Below are positions 13,631 to 26,954 of a stretch of 64,000 bases of DNA, one piece after another. The stretch is from Mobula hypostoma. Its lineage: Eukaryota. The number at the start of each line of letters is the position of its first letter. The first letter of the stretch is position 1. Location of the stretch: contig NC_086097.1 of assembly GCF_963921235.1 (NCBI RefSeq), forward strand, positions 108,812,001 to 108,876,000, written 5' to 3'. The position numbers were made by a program, and so were the translations under genes. The notes beneath the pieces are model-generated. The model did not search any database. It saw nothing but the letters and a program-made list of their open reading frames with translations, and was not told where the DNA came from.

Positions 13631-13994
13631 TTCTGAACATTTAAAGAGAATTCAGGAAACAGTTAACAGGTCTTTAGTGTGTTGACCAAAGAAACCAATA
13701 ATCAAAATACTGGCAAAAGGATTTTAAAAGTTAATTAAAACACATTCTGTTAAGTTTGCACTTATGGGAGGGGAAATAATGAAATTCCTGCTAAAGGAGA
13801 ACTTATAAAATCATCTAGAAAACAAAAATATCGAATGGTCATTATTTATTCTTTTCCTCCTTCATTGTAGCATAGGAGGCAGCACCTGTAACTATCCACG
13901 AAACGTACTACAGTTAATCACAGACCGACAGTGTGTCCAAAACCCAAGAAAGGAGCATGCATACATGGAGTCATCACCAGCTGCAGATTTCTCT

Positions 13995-14111
13995 GGATCA
14001 AACACTAGCCTGAGTTAGTTAGTTAGTTATGTAGACCAAACACTCCCCCGAGTTAGTTAGTTATGTATGTGGATCAAACACTACCCCGGGTTAGTTAGTT
14101 AGTTATGTAGA
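13995..14111 (+). repeat. Three-copy ~38-bp tandem repeat containing (GTTA)n
   Basis: GATCAAACACT…GAGTTAGTTAGTTATGTA repeated three times at the tail of a minus-strand V-SINE. Confidence 0.8.
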
Positions 14112-15272
14112 GATACAGTGTGGGATTGGCCCCTCTGGCCCAATGAGCCACATTACCCAGCAACATAATCACAGGACAATTTAAAATGATCAATTAACCT
14201 ACCAACGAGTACATCTTTAGCCTGTGGGTGGAAAATTGAACAACCAGAGGAAACGCATGCATTTACAGAGAGGATGTACAAACCCCTTACAGAAGACACT
14301 GGGATTAAACTTCGAGCTCCAAAGCTCCGAGCTGTAATAGCGTCACGTTAACTGCTACACTACCATGGTGCCTTGGGAATACATCTCCATTCTTTCATTA
14401 GTGCGGGGCCTAAATCCTGGAACTCATTCTTTCAACAGTGTCATGAGAATTAAGAAACGTGACAAGCAGCATTTCAATGTGCCAGTTCACCATTACCTTC
14501 TCAAGGGCAAATGGGATGGGCAATATGTGCTGCCTTCACCGGTGATGCTCAGATGGCAAAAATTTTGAATAGAAATCTCAGGAGGGGTCAAAATTTGGAA
14601 CTGAGTTGATGATAAATTTTTGGAAACCATCCACCGGGTTTTGCACATACAAGTCACAGAATGATGAATTTTTGTTTAAAGAAATGAAGGATAGGAGGAG
14701 TGGTTCAGAATATGGAGGAGGTGCAAGATTAGTAAGAAGCAATGATGAGGATGGGGGAAGAAGCGGCTGTGAAGATGCAGATGATCTAGCCTTCACAAAC
14801 ACAAGAAAATCTGAAGATGCTGGAAGTCCGAAGAAACACACAAAATGCTGGAGGAATTCAACAGGTCATACAGCATCTATGGAAATGAACAGTTGATGTT
14901 TTGGGCTGAGACCCTTCTTCAGGGCTGAGAAGGAAGGGGGAAGACAGCAGAATAAAAAGGTATGAAGAGGGGAAGGAGGCTGGCTGGAAGGTGATAGGTC
15001 AAGCCAGGTGGGTGGGAAAGGTCAGAGCTGGAGAAGAAAGAATCTGATAGGAGAGGATAGGAGAGGAAAGTGGACCATAGGAGAAAGAAAAGGAAGAGGG
15101 ACCCGGGGGGTGGGGGGGGGGCGGAATTAAGCAGCTGAGAAGTGAAAGGTCAGAGCCAGGAAAAGAGGAGGCGGGGGTAGAATTTGTTTATCGGGAGGAG
15201 AAATTGAAATTCATACTATTGGGTTGGAGGGTACCCAGACACAATACAAGATGTTGCTCCTCCACCCTGAAG

Positions 15273-15795
15273 GTGGACATCTTTGCCATAGAGGGAGTAC
15301 AAAGAAGGTTCACCAGATTGATTCCTGGGATGGCAGGTCTTTCATATGAAGAAAGACTGGATGAACTGGGCTTGTACTCGTTGGAATTTAGAAGATTGAG
15401 GGGGGATCTGATTGAAACGTATAAGATCCTAAAGGGATTGGACAGGCTAGATGCGGGAAGATTGTTCCCGATGTTGGGGAGGTCCAGAACGAGGGGTCAC
15501 AGTTTGAGGATAGAGGGGAAGCCTTTTAGGACCGAGATTAGGAAAAACTTCTTCACACAGAGAGTGGTGAATCTGTGGAATTCTCTGCCACAGCAAACTG
15601 TTGAGGCCAGTTCATTAGCTATGTTTAAAAGGAAGTTAGATATGGCCCTTGTGGCTACAGGGGTCAGGGGGTATGGAGGGAAGGCTGGGTTCTGAGTTGG
15701 ATGATCAGCCATGATCATAATAAATGGCGGTGCAGGCTCGAAGGGCCGAATGGCCTACTCCTGCACCTATTTTCTATGTTTCTATGTTTCTATGT
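15273..15795 (+). mobile_element. Young 5'-truncated CR1 inserted in a Penelope remnant (14795-15840, -)
   Basis: LYSLEFRRLRGDLIETYKILKG…; near-identical to copies at 25455-25926 and 62988-64000; (TTCTATG) tail. Confidence 0.9.
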
Positions 15796-18700
15796 TAACA
15801 TGTTGGAACGGGAATCAGAATTAAAACGTTTGGTCACCGGGAAGTTTTCACACTTTCTTAAACACTTTAACATACCTACTACGCATTTGCTTATATTCCT
15901 TGCGCAAAATGATTAAGTCTAAATTAACTGATCCAAGAATATCCGAGTAACTAATATCCACACAATGAAGAATCAAAACCACAGAGAAAACATGTCAATT
16001 ATTATTTTCATTAATTTATTTATTTTTAATTGTGGTTCCAATGTACCAGTTTTATCTGCAAACAAAAGAATTGTAGCAATAACAATCTATTCTTGATTTC
16101 CAAGACTATGAAATTTTTACAACAGGAAAACTAATAGGAAAACATGTACAGTGAATCTAGAATGAGAGACAACATAGCAAATGGAATGGTATAGGATAGC
16201 ATTTTCAAAGCCTAGATTGTCAGGAGGAGACCTGCTATATTTTTAAACAGTCTTGCTGTTAATCTTTTAACAAAATGAAGTTTTGTGCATTTTCTTACTG
16301 ACTCTGCATTGCCATATCTTTCAAGGTGATTTTTAACAGTGGAATCTGCTGAAGGGCTTGAAAGGTGGCCATCAACTGCTGTGGGTCTTGAGATCCTGGC
16401 ATCAGATTGAGCTGACCTGGACTAGGGATAAACGAGGACTCGCAGGACAGAGGTATGGTGTTGTCATAGAAAATGCCCCTTGGTCTACTTTGTACATCCC
16501 TATCACCAACTAACCATCTACACCAATCTTTTTTCCAACATTCATCCTGTAGCTTTCTATGCCTTGCCATTAGAAGTCAAGGGAAGGGGTTTGGACTTCC
16601 TTTGTTTCAGATGTGGCACTTGAGAACTTGAATAGAATTTTCCATATCAGCTCGAAGTTGATTAAAAGTAAAACAACAAAAACTATTTTGATGCTGGAAG
16701 TCTGAAATAAAAACAGAAAATGCTGGAAGGGTCAGGCAGCATCTGTGGAAGGAGAAACTGTTAAATGTTCAGGTTGACGACCATTCATCAAAACCAAGAA
16801 AGAGAGCAAGTTAGTCTAAGCAACAGAGGTAGGTTCATCAAAGAGAATATCTGAATTAACTGATTCCACCATCTCCTCTACACTTTCGGCGTTAAAAACC
16901 TACCCCTCTGATCCCTTTTAAAACTCCTGTCATTCACTTCAAAATTGTGCTTTCTTGTTTTTGGTAATCCTACCATCGGAAAATATATTTGATCACTAAG
17001 GAAAACAAGCCCAGTGCATTCAATCTCTCCCCATAAATAAAATCCTCCAACTCGGGCTATGTCATGATGAATATCCTCTGCACTCTGTCCAGTGCAAACC
17101 CATTCTTCTTAGAGTGTGGCCCCCTCTACAATGGACTGGGTGATTGCTTTCCGGAGCTCCTGCAATCATTTTGCTAAAGTGACCCTGACTTTTCAATTTA
17201 ACATCTCACACACTCCCATCTTTCATTGTTACAATGAGGTCCAATGTGGGAGTGCAAGAGTAACATCTCATTTCTTGTCTGAAATCATTGCAGCCTGCAA
17301 GACTGTAATGAATTCTCCAAATCTGACAACTGGCTTTTGCTTTCTGCTTAAATCAGGGCCCGCCATTCCTATTTGAAAATTCTGGCACATCATCCTGACT
17401 TTACATTAGCAATATATTACAAGAGCAAAGCAGTTTAACTGACCACTTAATGGTTACATGCTTTCACCTACTACAGTCATTCACTTTATTCTACATTTAC
17501 TAATCAGCCCACCCATATTTTTGACAAATCAGCTGAGATCCCAGCACTGATCCTTAAGAAACATTGCTGGTAATATTCCATAGATCCGAATAGCACCCTT
17601 CTGCCACTACCCTCTGTCAGAGATGAGGAGGAAAATTTTTAGCCAGAGGGTGGTGAATCTGTGGAATTCATTGCCACAGACATCTGTGGAAGTTAAGTCA
17701 TTGGGTATATTTAAAGCAGAAGTTGATAAGTTCTGGATTAAGGGTGTCAAAGTTTACAGGGAGAAGGCAGGAGAATAGGGTTGAGAGGGATAATAAATCA
17801 GCCATGACGGAATGGGGAGAAGACTCAACAGGTCGAATGGCCCAAATCTAATCTTATGTCTTATGATCCTAAGGTGATGAACTTATAAACATATTGAATT
17901 GATATTAACTTCACCCATTGAAGAATTTTAATTTTTCCTGATTTTTATTAATCAAAGTTCAGTGTTTTTTTTTACAAAAAATGCTATGATCTGTGCTCAA
18001 TGACTAAAGAATGTTGAGGAAGTCCAATGCTCCTGTTTGTTAATTAATGTTCCACCAAAAATCACCATGAGATCTGTTAGGACAACAGAAGCTTGACGTG
18101 TGGTGTTGGTTGTGAACTACTTAACTCTGTTTATAGAATGCTGCTTCAGGTCTAAATCCATCCTGCTTATCACAGCGAATGTTCTAGGTGAAAGTTTCCA
18201 CACTGAACTCAAGAATTCCTCCATAAGAATAGCACAGAATCTTCCCAAATTGGCACAGATACTTACATCCGAATAGGTCATTGGTGAGGATGATGCCTTA
18301 GAGGCTTTCCACTTCATGTTAGTGTTCTCACTGTAGTACACAACATAACTAGCCTAGCAACTATTTCCTTCAGTCAGTTTGGTCAATAAATCTAAAACTG
18401 TTGCTGGACATACTGGATATAGCACCACCTCCAGCTTTTCTAAGTGTTTATTTCAAACAAGAAATAATACGTATGCATCAGCATCATCGTAGGTGATGGA
18501 CAGCGCATTTCTCTGCTATGAAAAATGAGCTTATTTATCACATGTACAGTGAAACATAGTAAAATATGACATTTCATCAAACCAAATCAGCAAGATTTAT
18601 GCTGGGGCTACTTGCAAAAGTAGCCACACTTCCAGCGCCAACAACTCCAACCCTAACAGAATGTCTTTGGAATGTGGGAGGAAACCAGAGCACCTGGAGG

Positions 18701-18889
18701 AAACCCACACAGTCATGGGGAAAACGTACAAGTTCCGTACAATTAGAGGCTGGAATCAAACTTTAATCAGTGATCTCTGTCACTATAAAGCAACTGTGTT
18801 AACTGCTACACAACCATGCCACCCCAGCAGGGTGCATTGGGCCAGGTCATATTGGAGTAGGTACGTTACCAAGAATCATCCATCCATGA

Positions 18890-20120
18890 CATAAGGCCAT
18901 TAGATATAGCCGCAGAATTAGGCCATTTGGCCCATCGAGTCTTCTCCAATATTTCATCATAGGGGATCCATTTCCCTCTCAGCCCCATCTGCCACTTCTT
19001 TGCCCATTCTCCTAATCTCTCTAAGTCCTTCTGCAGCCTCCCTGCTTTCTCAACACTACCTGCCCTGCCACCTATCTTTGTATCGTCCACAAATTTAGAC
19101 ACAAAGCCATTAACTCCATCATCCAAATCACTGACATACATACAACATAAAAAGAAGCGGTCCCAATACAAACTCCTGTGGAACACTGGTAGCCAACCAG
19201 AAAAGGCTCCCTTTATTCCCACTTCTTACTTCCTGCCAATCCATACTGGTATCTTTCCTGTATACCATGGGTTTTTAAACTTGTAAAGCAATTTCATGTG
19301 CAGCATCTTATCAAAGGATTTTTGAAAATCCAAGTACACAAGATCCACAGATTCTCCTTTGTCTATCCTACTTATTATTTCTTCAAAGAATTCCAACAGA
19401 TTTGTCAGGCAAGATTTTCCCTTAAGGAAGCAACGTTGACTTCAACCTATTTTATCATGTGCTACCAAGTATTCCGAAACCACATCCTTAACAATCAACT
19501 CCATCCACTGAGGTCAGAAACCTAGGGTGTAGACTATCTGATCTAGGTGATTGATCTACTTTCAGACCTTTCAGTTTCCTAAGCACCTTCTCCTTAGTAA
19601 TGGCAACTTCACTCCTTCTGCCCCCGGCACTCTCAAACTTCCACCATACTGCTTGTGTTTTTCACAGTGAAGACTGATGAAAAATACTTATTCAGTTTGT
19701 CCACCATTTCCTTCTCCCCCATTACTACCCCTTCTGCATCATTTCCAGTGGTACGATATCTACTTTTGCCTCTCTTTTACTCTTTATGAATCTGAAGAGA
19801 CCACTGGTATCCTATTTAATATTATTGGCTAGCTTACCTTTGTATTCCACCTTTTTCCTCTTTATGACCTTTTTTATTTGCCTTCTGTTGGTTTTTAAAA
19901 GATTCACAATCCTCTAATTTCCTACTAATTTTTGCTCTATTATATGCCCTCTCTTTGGTTTTTATGTTGGCTTTGAATTCCCTTGTCAGCCACGATTGCA
20001 TCATCCTGCCATTAGAACACTTCTGCATTTTCCAAATTGCTCCCAGAAATTCCAGCCATTCCTGATCTGCCGTCATCCCTGCTGATGTCCCCTACCAATC
20101 AACTTTGGCCAGATCCTCCC
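18890..20120 (-). mobile_element. Degenerate CR1 ORF2 fragments
   Basis: VSKFVDDTKIGG and RLQKDLERLGEWAKKWQM motifs with internal deletions. Confidence 0.8.
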
Positions 20121-20574
20121 TTATTCCCACATTGCTCACATTGACTTGATTTAGATAGTCTGGGCTTTACTTGCTGGACCTCCACACTTAAGCCCACAGC
20201 TGAGGACCGGACTAATCAGCAATGCTGGGTTGTACAGAGGATCCACAACCAAAACAGAATGGTGGGATTGTCACCTGTCAAAACTGTCACAGATGTTAAG
20301 TTTTTAAAATATCTCTGACATTCAGTAACATTTAAAAAACAATTACATTTGAAGTGAAGTTAAATGTCCAAAATAACAAATAATTTAAAACCTTACATTA
20401 AAGCAAAAAAATTTAATTTAAAACTTACTTCCACCTTTTCCTCATTTGCAGGTTTGAAAACCCCATTGGATTGCAGAATCAGCAACACAACAATCTGACA
20501 GATTCAATTCTCCAAATATGTCAGAGTGCCAGATTTACTCCACGTAAATGCAACCAATGCAGCATAGAGGTAAA

Positions 20575-21040
20575 TACATAGAAATTTACAGAACGTTACA
20601 GGCCCTTCGGCCCACAATGTTGTGCCGACCATGTAACCTACTCTAGAGATGGCTAGAAATTCAATAGCGCATAGCCCTCTATTTTTCTAAGCTCCACGTA
20701 CCTATCTAAGAGGCTCTTAAAAGACCGTCTTGTATCTGCTTCCACCACCACCGCCAGCAGTGCCTTCCACACATCCATCACTCTGTGTGAAAACTTACCC
20801 CTGACATCCCCTCGGTACCTATTTCCAAGCACCTTAACTATGCCCCCTCATGTTAGCTATTTCAGCCCTGGGGAAAAGCCTCTGTCTATCCACATGATCG
20901 ATGCCCCTCATCATCTTATCAGGTCACCTCTCATCCTCTGTCATTCCGAGGAGAAAAGGCCAAGTACACTCAACCTATTCTCATAAGGTACGCCCTCCAA
21001 TCCAGGCAATATCCCTGTAAATCTTCTCTGCACGCTCTCT
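20575..21040 (-). mobile_element. CR1 3' end
   Basis: Reverse complement of the CR1 3' ORF2/UTR seen elsewhere in the window. Confidence 0.75.
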
Positions 21041-21319
21041 ATAGTGCTCACAATACACTATGATTTGATAACCTATGCACTCACTTTCAAGAACTATCTT
21101 TTTTTTCTTTTGTATTTGTACAATTTGGTGTCTTTTGCAGTGGTTGTTTGTCTGTCCTGTTGAGCGTGGTTTTTCAATTATGGTTCTTGGTTTTACTGAG
21201 TATGTCTGTACGAAAACAAATCTCAGGGTTGAATATGGTGACATGCATGTGCTTTGATAATAAATTTACTTTGAACTTTGCTTTTGGGTTAAGCCTCCTC
21301 TACACGTCCTGACACTTAC

Positions 21320-21382
21320 CAGCAGACTGAGGAATACGTTGAAATAATCTACCAGTAAATCATCTGCCACCAAGTAGTTTTC
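21320..21382 (-). CDS. RGS22: RGS22-like coding exon 3
   Basis: ttctag|ENYLVADDLLVDYFNVFLSLL|gtaagt, compare RGS22 EDSLATDDFLVDYFNEFLSLP; 63 nt, phase 0-0. Confidence 0.88.
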
Positions 21383-22097
21383 CTAGAAGTGATAATAATA
21401 AAAATCAGGAAATAAAAAAATAGTAAATTCTATTATGTAAATATTTATTTATTTTCCACTATTAATACTTAGTTTTTCAATAGAGGACTTATAATGAAGT
21501 TATCAATCAGGTTGAAGAATTCTCACGTGAGATTAAGAAGAAACTGAAATATTGTAAAGTTTCAAAGAGGCACAGTAGTGTCATTGTCAAATTACTTGAC
21601 TAACAACCAAATTTCTATATAATTCACCTTTGAATCCCACCCTGGAGCGTGGGGAATTTAAAATTAAGTTACAAAATAAATCAGGTATACTCAAAAAAAC
21701 ACTAATACTGGTAACAATTAGGTCAGTCTACAATAGCAGAACACACTAAGTGCTGAGGGAACTCAGCAGGTCAGGCAACATCTATGGAGCGGAATACACA
21801 GTCGACATCTGGGCCGACACCCTTTATAGGGAATGGAAAGGAAAAGGGAAGAAGCCTGAATAAGGTGGGTGGACAGGAAGGAGTACGACCCAGCAGGTGA
21901 TAGGAGAAACCAGGTGAGGAGGAAGGTGGATGAGTGGGGAAGGGTCTGAGGTATAGGGAGCTAGGGGTGATAGGTGGTTGAGGTAAAGGGCTGAAGGAGG
22001 AATCTAATAGAAAAGGACAGTGGACCATAGAAGAAAGTGAAGGAGAGACACCAGAAGAAGGTGACTGAGCAACACACACAAGGAATTTGGTAGAGAT

Positions 22098-22153
<56 letters not shown>

Positions 22154-22190
22154 ACACACACACACGCACACGCACACACACACACACACA
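22098..22190. repeat. (CA)n microsatellite with CG interruptions
   Basis: Directly visible. Confidence 0.97.
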
Positions 22191-24389
22191 GTTTTTGCAA
22201 CTGAAAACTACCCCTCCCACCAAGAGTTTAATGTAATTATTGTGCTGTTTTCCATTATTCCAGAAATTTGACAACACACTTCATGGAGAAACTTGCTTGT
22301 ACGAGTGGTCTAATTTTGGCATGTAATGCACAGCCATTGATGCTAATTGCTGTGCAATCCAAACTGGAGCCTTTGTTTGAGATTTGCTGTCATTGTAGCT
22401 CAAGTGTTAGTCGCCACTAACAAACCAATTAGGTTTTAATTGTGGTTTATCCTGCAATTTTGTTATTTAAAGGGACAGCCACATGAGAAATTTCTCCTCA
22501 ACTCTTTCCTAAACAACTTACTTCTTATTCTTAAAATGTTCTATCACTCAGCCAAATGAAACAATTCCAGCCTGTTCAACTCTAAGACTTCTGTACATTT
22601 CAACAAAATCATTTTCTTCTAAACTCTATGAAACACAAGCCTGAACTATTAAAAGTCTCTTCAATCATTAAACCTACTATCTTTGTAATCTGTCCAGTAA
22701 ATCATAGCCAGAGTTGCAACATTGACAATTCCTTCCCCCCCACCAACCCCAACAGATGCCATTTGATTAGCTGAGTTCCTCCAGCAGATTATTTGTTGTT
22801 CCAGTAAACCTTCACTACATTTCCTCTAAGGTGAGGAAATCAGACTTGTACACACAATACTTTAAGTGCAATCTCATCAAGGACCCACACAGATGCAGCA
22901 GGACATCATTACTCATGCACTCAAAACTCCTTGCAATAAAAGTCACAGCTTTCTACTGAATTGCTTGCTGTACCTGCATGTTAGCCTTGAGTGACTTGTG
23001 TACAAGGACACACTGGTCCCTAGGAACATCAAAGTTGCTCAATCATTCACTATTTTTTAAAAAATTAATTATCTGCTTTATACACCAAACAGATGAGCTC
23101 ATCAGAAATATGTGAGATGACCCCATATTTTTTGCATTATACAGTATTGCTATCTGCCATGTTCTCACCCACACGTTCGTTTATTGTATGTTCCTTAGAA
23201 GTCTCTTTACATCCTCTCTTTGATAGACAATCCCAACAAGTTTGTATCACCAGTGAACTTAAAACTATAACATGTGGTCATCAACTGTCACCCACTCAAC
23301 TAAATTGCTGACATATATTATGAATAGCTGGTCCCTAAAGCACTGGTCTCTATGCACCCTATTTGTTACAACCTGTCAGCTCAAGAAAGAGCACTGCCTT
23401 CCTGCTCTCATGACTCCTAGCATGTGTGTCTAAATTTCTATACAATCCTCCTCGCATGCAACTTTATTGATAACCTTCCAAAAACCACACACCACAACCC
23501 TGTTATCTATTCTATTTGTCACATCCTCCAGGGACTCCAGCACATCAATCAAATATATGTCTCCTTTCATGAATCAATGCTGATTCTCCCCAGAATGCTT
23601 TACATTTCCTACACTTATGCTGCACCTCACCCCCGAATAGAGTTCCCTTGGTCATTATTGTTCACCCACCAGCCAATGCAAGAATCAAATTGATATTCCA
23701 TTGCCAGTCATATCATCCCCCTACCGCCCCCTAAAACCCTCTCTGCTTTCTGTACAGTCATCTGCCTTTATGGCTTCCTGGTTTACCCATCCCTCTCCTT
23801 TCTTAGGCACTTAACCCTGCGACCATAAGAGGTGTAACACCTGTTCCTACACCTGCAACCTCACCCCTATCTAGGGGCCTAAACAGCCCATTCCAGGTGA
23901 GACAAGACACATGCACCTCCTTCAAACTCATTGCATTCAGTGCTCTCAGTGTGGCCTCCTCTGTGTGTGTGCAGACTAGGCAACCTTGTCATTGAGCTGC
24001 CAGGTACTGCCACAGTGGCCAAGTGGATCTACAAGTTGCCAATCATTTTTAATTCCCATACCCACATCAACCTGTCTGCCCTCAGCCCCCGCTGCTGATG
24101 AAGTGAGGTCAAACGCAGACTAAATGAAGAGCACCTCATATTTCTCCTGTGTAGTCAACAGCATTAGATTCTCCAAATTCAGGTCAACTACACCCCAACT
24201 TCTCTTTCTCTCTCTTTCCAATTTATCCAAATTCTTCCACACACATCCTTCTATCCAAATGCCCTAAGCAGTCCCGTCACCCTGTTTCTCTCCCCATCCT
24301 GCACCTACTCCATTTGCCCATCATCGACACATTCCTCCATATGGGTCCCCTATCTACTCCCCACAACATTCCTATCTGTCCAGCATCTC

Positions 24390-24852
24390 TGTGGTGGAAA
24401 TGGTTAAAACTAGTGTCTGACGGGATACTTGACCATTCTGGAACAGCTGGGCTTAAGACTGTTGATGCATGTCGAGAATAACCTTGGATGATAAGTGCAG
24501 TATCAGGAACTCCAATTAATAAGATACTAGGCCCCTGGAACCTGGAGGGAGGATGCATCTGGGGGTAAATTATGAGCCCTGATAACAGGGAACAAAGAGG
24601 ACTGTTAGACTAGTGCTGAGAGAATAAGTGACGTGTCTTTTAAGTGATTGATATTGTACTGACCTTGGGATGCCAAACAAAGTTATGTGAAGTTGTTTGT
24701 CTTGCTGTATAAATATGAGCTCTGTATAACCTAGAATTCAGAGTTCTGGTGGTGGTACAGACTGCTGCAGACTCTCCATGATATCATGTTAATATACTCT
24801 TAAAACGAAACTCGAAGTCACTCTGGTGTTCTTTGTTAGTATTTCCACGACA
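24390..24852. mobile_element. Solo LTR
   Basis: TGTGGTGGAAAT…ATTTCCACGACA termini (TG..CA, short inverted ends); perfect 5-bp TSD ATCTC (24385-24389 and 24853-24857); internal TATAAAT at ~24708. Confidence 0.8.
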
Positions 24853-25099
24853 ATCTCTCTTCACATTCCTTTATTATCAGATCCCATCAGTTCAGCCCTT
24901 TGTTGTCTTCTCATCACCTCTATTCTATCTTCATCTCCCCCTTCCCATCTGACACCATCTGCCAATCAACCCCCCCCCAACTTGGATCCACCTATCACTT
25001 GAAATCTCTTGAGCCACCCTTTCCCCTCACTTCTTTATGTTGGTTCTCCCCCCTCTACTCTTTTAATCCAGATGAAGGACAAAACATTGACTGTCCATT

Positions 25100-26190
25100 T
25101 CTCCCAGTGGCCACACATTTTAATTCCATGTCCCATTCCCATTCTGATATGTCTATCCATGGCCTCCTCTATTGTAAAGATGAAGCCACACTCAGGTTGG
25201 AGGAACAACACCTTATATTCCGTCTGGGTAGCCTCCAACCTGATGGCATGAACATTGACTTCTCTAACTTCAGCTAATGCCCCACCTCCCCCTTGTACCC
25301 CATCCGTTATTTATTTATATACACACATTCTTTCTCTCTCTCTCTCTTTTTTCTCCCTCTGTCCCTTTGACTATACTCCTTGCCCATCCTCTGGGTTTTC
25401 CCCCCTCTCCCCCTTTTCCTTCTCCCTGGGCCTCCTGTCCCATGATCCTCTCATAGAAACATAGAAACATAGAAAATAGGTGCAGGAGTAGGCCATTCGG
25501 CCTTTCGAGCCTGCACTGCCATTTATTATGATCATGGCTGATCATCCAACTCAGAACCCCGCCCCAGCCTTCCCTCCATACCCCCTGACCCCTGTAGCCA
25601 CAAGGGCCATATCTAACTCCCTCTTAAACATAGCCAATGAACTGGCCTCAACAGTTTCCTGTGGCAGAGAATTCCACAGATTCACCACTCTCTGTGTGAA
25701 GAAGTTTTTCCTAATCTCGGTCCTAAATGGCTTCCCCTCTATCCTCAAACTGTGACCCCTCGTTCTGGACTTCCCCAACATCGGGAACAATCTTCCTGCA
25801 TCTAGCCTGTCCAATCCCTTTAGGATCTTATACGTTTCAATCAGATCCCCCCTCAATCTTCTAAATTCCAACGAGTACAAGCCCAGTTCTTTCTTCATAT
25901 GAAAGTCCTGCCATCCCAGGAATCAATCATATTCCTTTTGCCAATCACCTGTCCAGCTCTTGGCTCCATCCCTCCCCCTCCTGTCTTCTCCTATCATTTT
26001 GGATCTCCCCCTCCCCCTCCCACTTTCAAATCTCTTACTAACTCTTCCTTCAGTTAGTCCTGATGAAGGGTCTCGGCCCGAAACGTCGACTGTACCTCTT
26101 CCTAGAGATGCTGCCTGGCCTGCTGCATTCACCAGCAACTTTGATGTATGTTGCTTGAATTTCCAGCATCTGCAGAATGCCTCGTGTTTG
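25100..26190 (+). mobile_element. Penelope 3' end interrupted by a young CR1 3' fragment (25455-25926, -)
   Basis: VATHFNS…EEQHLIFRLGSLQPDGMNIDFSNF; CR1 insert flanked by TCAT duplication. Confidence 0.88.
26056..26091 (+). ncRNA. Minimal type I hammerhead ribozyme motif (Penelope-associated)
   Basis: AGTC-CTGATGA-AGGGTCTCGGCCC-GAAA-CGTC-GACT: stem I AGUC/GACU, conserved CUGANGA and GAAA boxes, palindromic ACGU stem III, GUC cleavage triplet. Confidence 0.78.
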
Positions 26191-26954
26191 CTGTCCATTT
26201 CTCTGCTGTCTAACCTTATTTTTTTTTTAACTTTCAAAGTGCTGGCTCACTTCTGTTATTAGTGACTTGCCATTATTGAATGCTGTGTGATTCTAGGCAT
26301 TTTAATCTTTGCCCTGAATTTTTTTTGGAAAGCTATTTATTCGGATAGTTTTTCAGCTAACCAATAGCTAAAATATGTGATGCAGAAGTCTACTGCTTAG
26401 ATTCTCCAATAACTGGTGCAATGTGGAAACCTACAATTAATTAATTCAATATTCAGTGCCTATGGTCCAGCTCCTGGCCTTCAAATATGGCTTAACTACT
26501 AAGCCCAGCAGAATGGTTTCTACTGACAGGGAAAAGGGCAAAGGTGGGTTAGTGGTGCCTTAAAACTAGTCACTTCAGGCAGATGGGGCTCGACAGCTCA
26601 TCCAGAAGAAGGAAAACTGTGATCCCAAATCTCTGTTGCCTTGCAGCTAAGCCCACTCATGGGGAAGGCTTCTGGAGTAAAACCAGAGGGAAAACCCCAC
26701 AGCTAGAGTTCCAAAGGCAGTCCTACACTGAGTGCAATACTGACTGGCAACTCCTGCAATACTGCTGGTGCCAAACTGTATCGGTCTCTGTCATTCCTTT
26801 GAGTTCATTGGATGTGTGGTGAGGGGGAGCTTGCTCTCCATGTTGTACTGCCTAGGTTTGCATATCTAGACAGCTAGGATGCAATAGCCATGATCGACCC
26901 TGATTGATGGAGGCCTCAAGTCCTATGTTCATTTTGCGATCTCGGTCTTTTCTC

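Noticed and set aside
13995..14111. Three ~38-bp repeats superficially like a CRISPR array
   Set aside because: No unique spacers, eukaryotic context, no cas genes; it is a tandem expansion at a SINE tail.
16295..16570. Minus-strand ORF with a GTAAG donor-like end
   Set aside because: No recognisable protein similarity; not needed for the gene model.
18267..18330. Candidate minus-strand exon with cag/gtaagt boundaries
   Set aside because: 64 nt would shift the frame, and there is no recognisable homology.
20429..20494. In-frame 66-nt candidate minus-strand exon (…SNGVFKPANEEKVE|gtaagt) in RGS22-like intron 3
   Set aside because: Poor polypyrimidine tract, and exons 3 and 4 already join collinearly with RGS22.
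21771..22277. Cys/Val-rich ORFs
   Set aside because: Translation artefacts of the (CA)n microsatellite and a Penelope tail.
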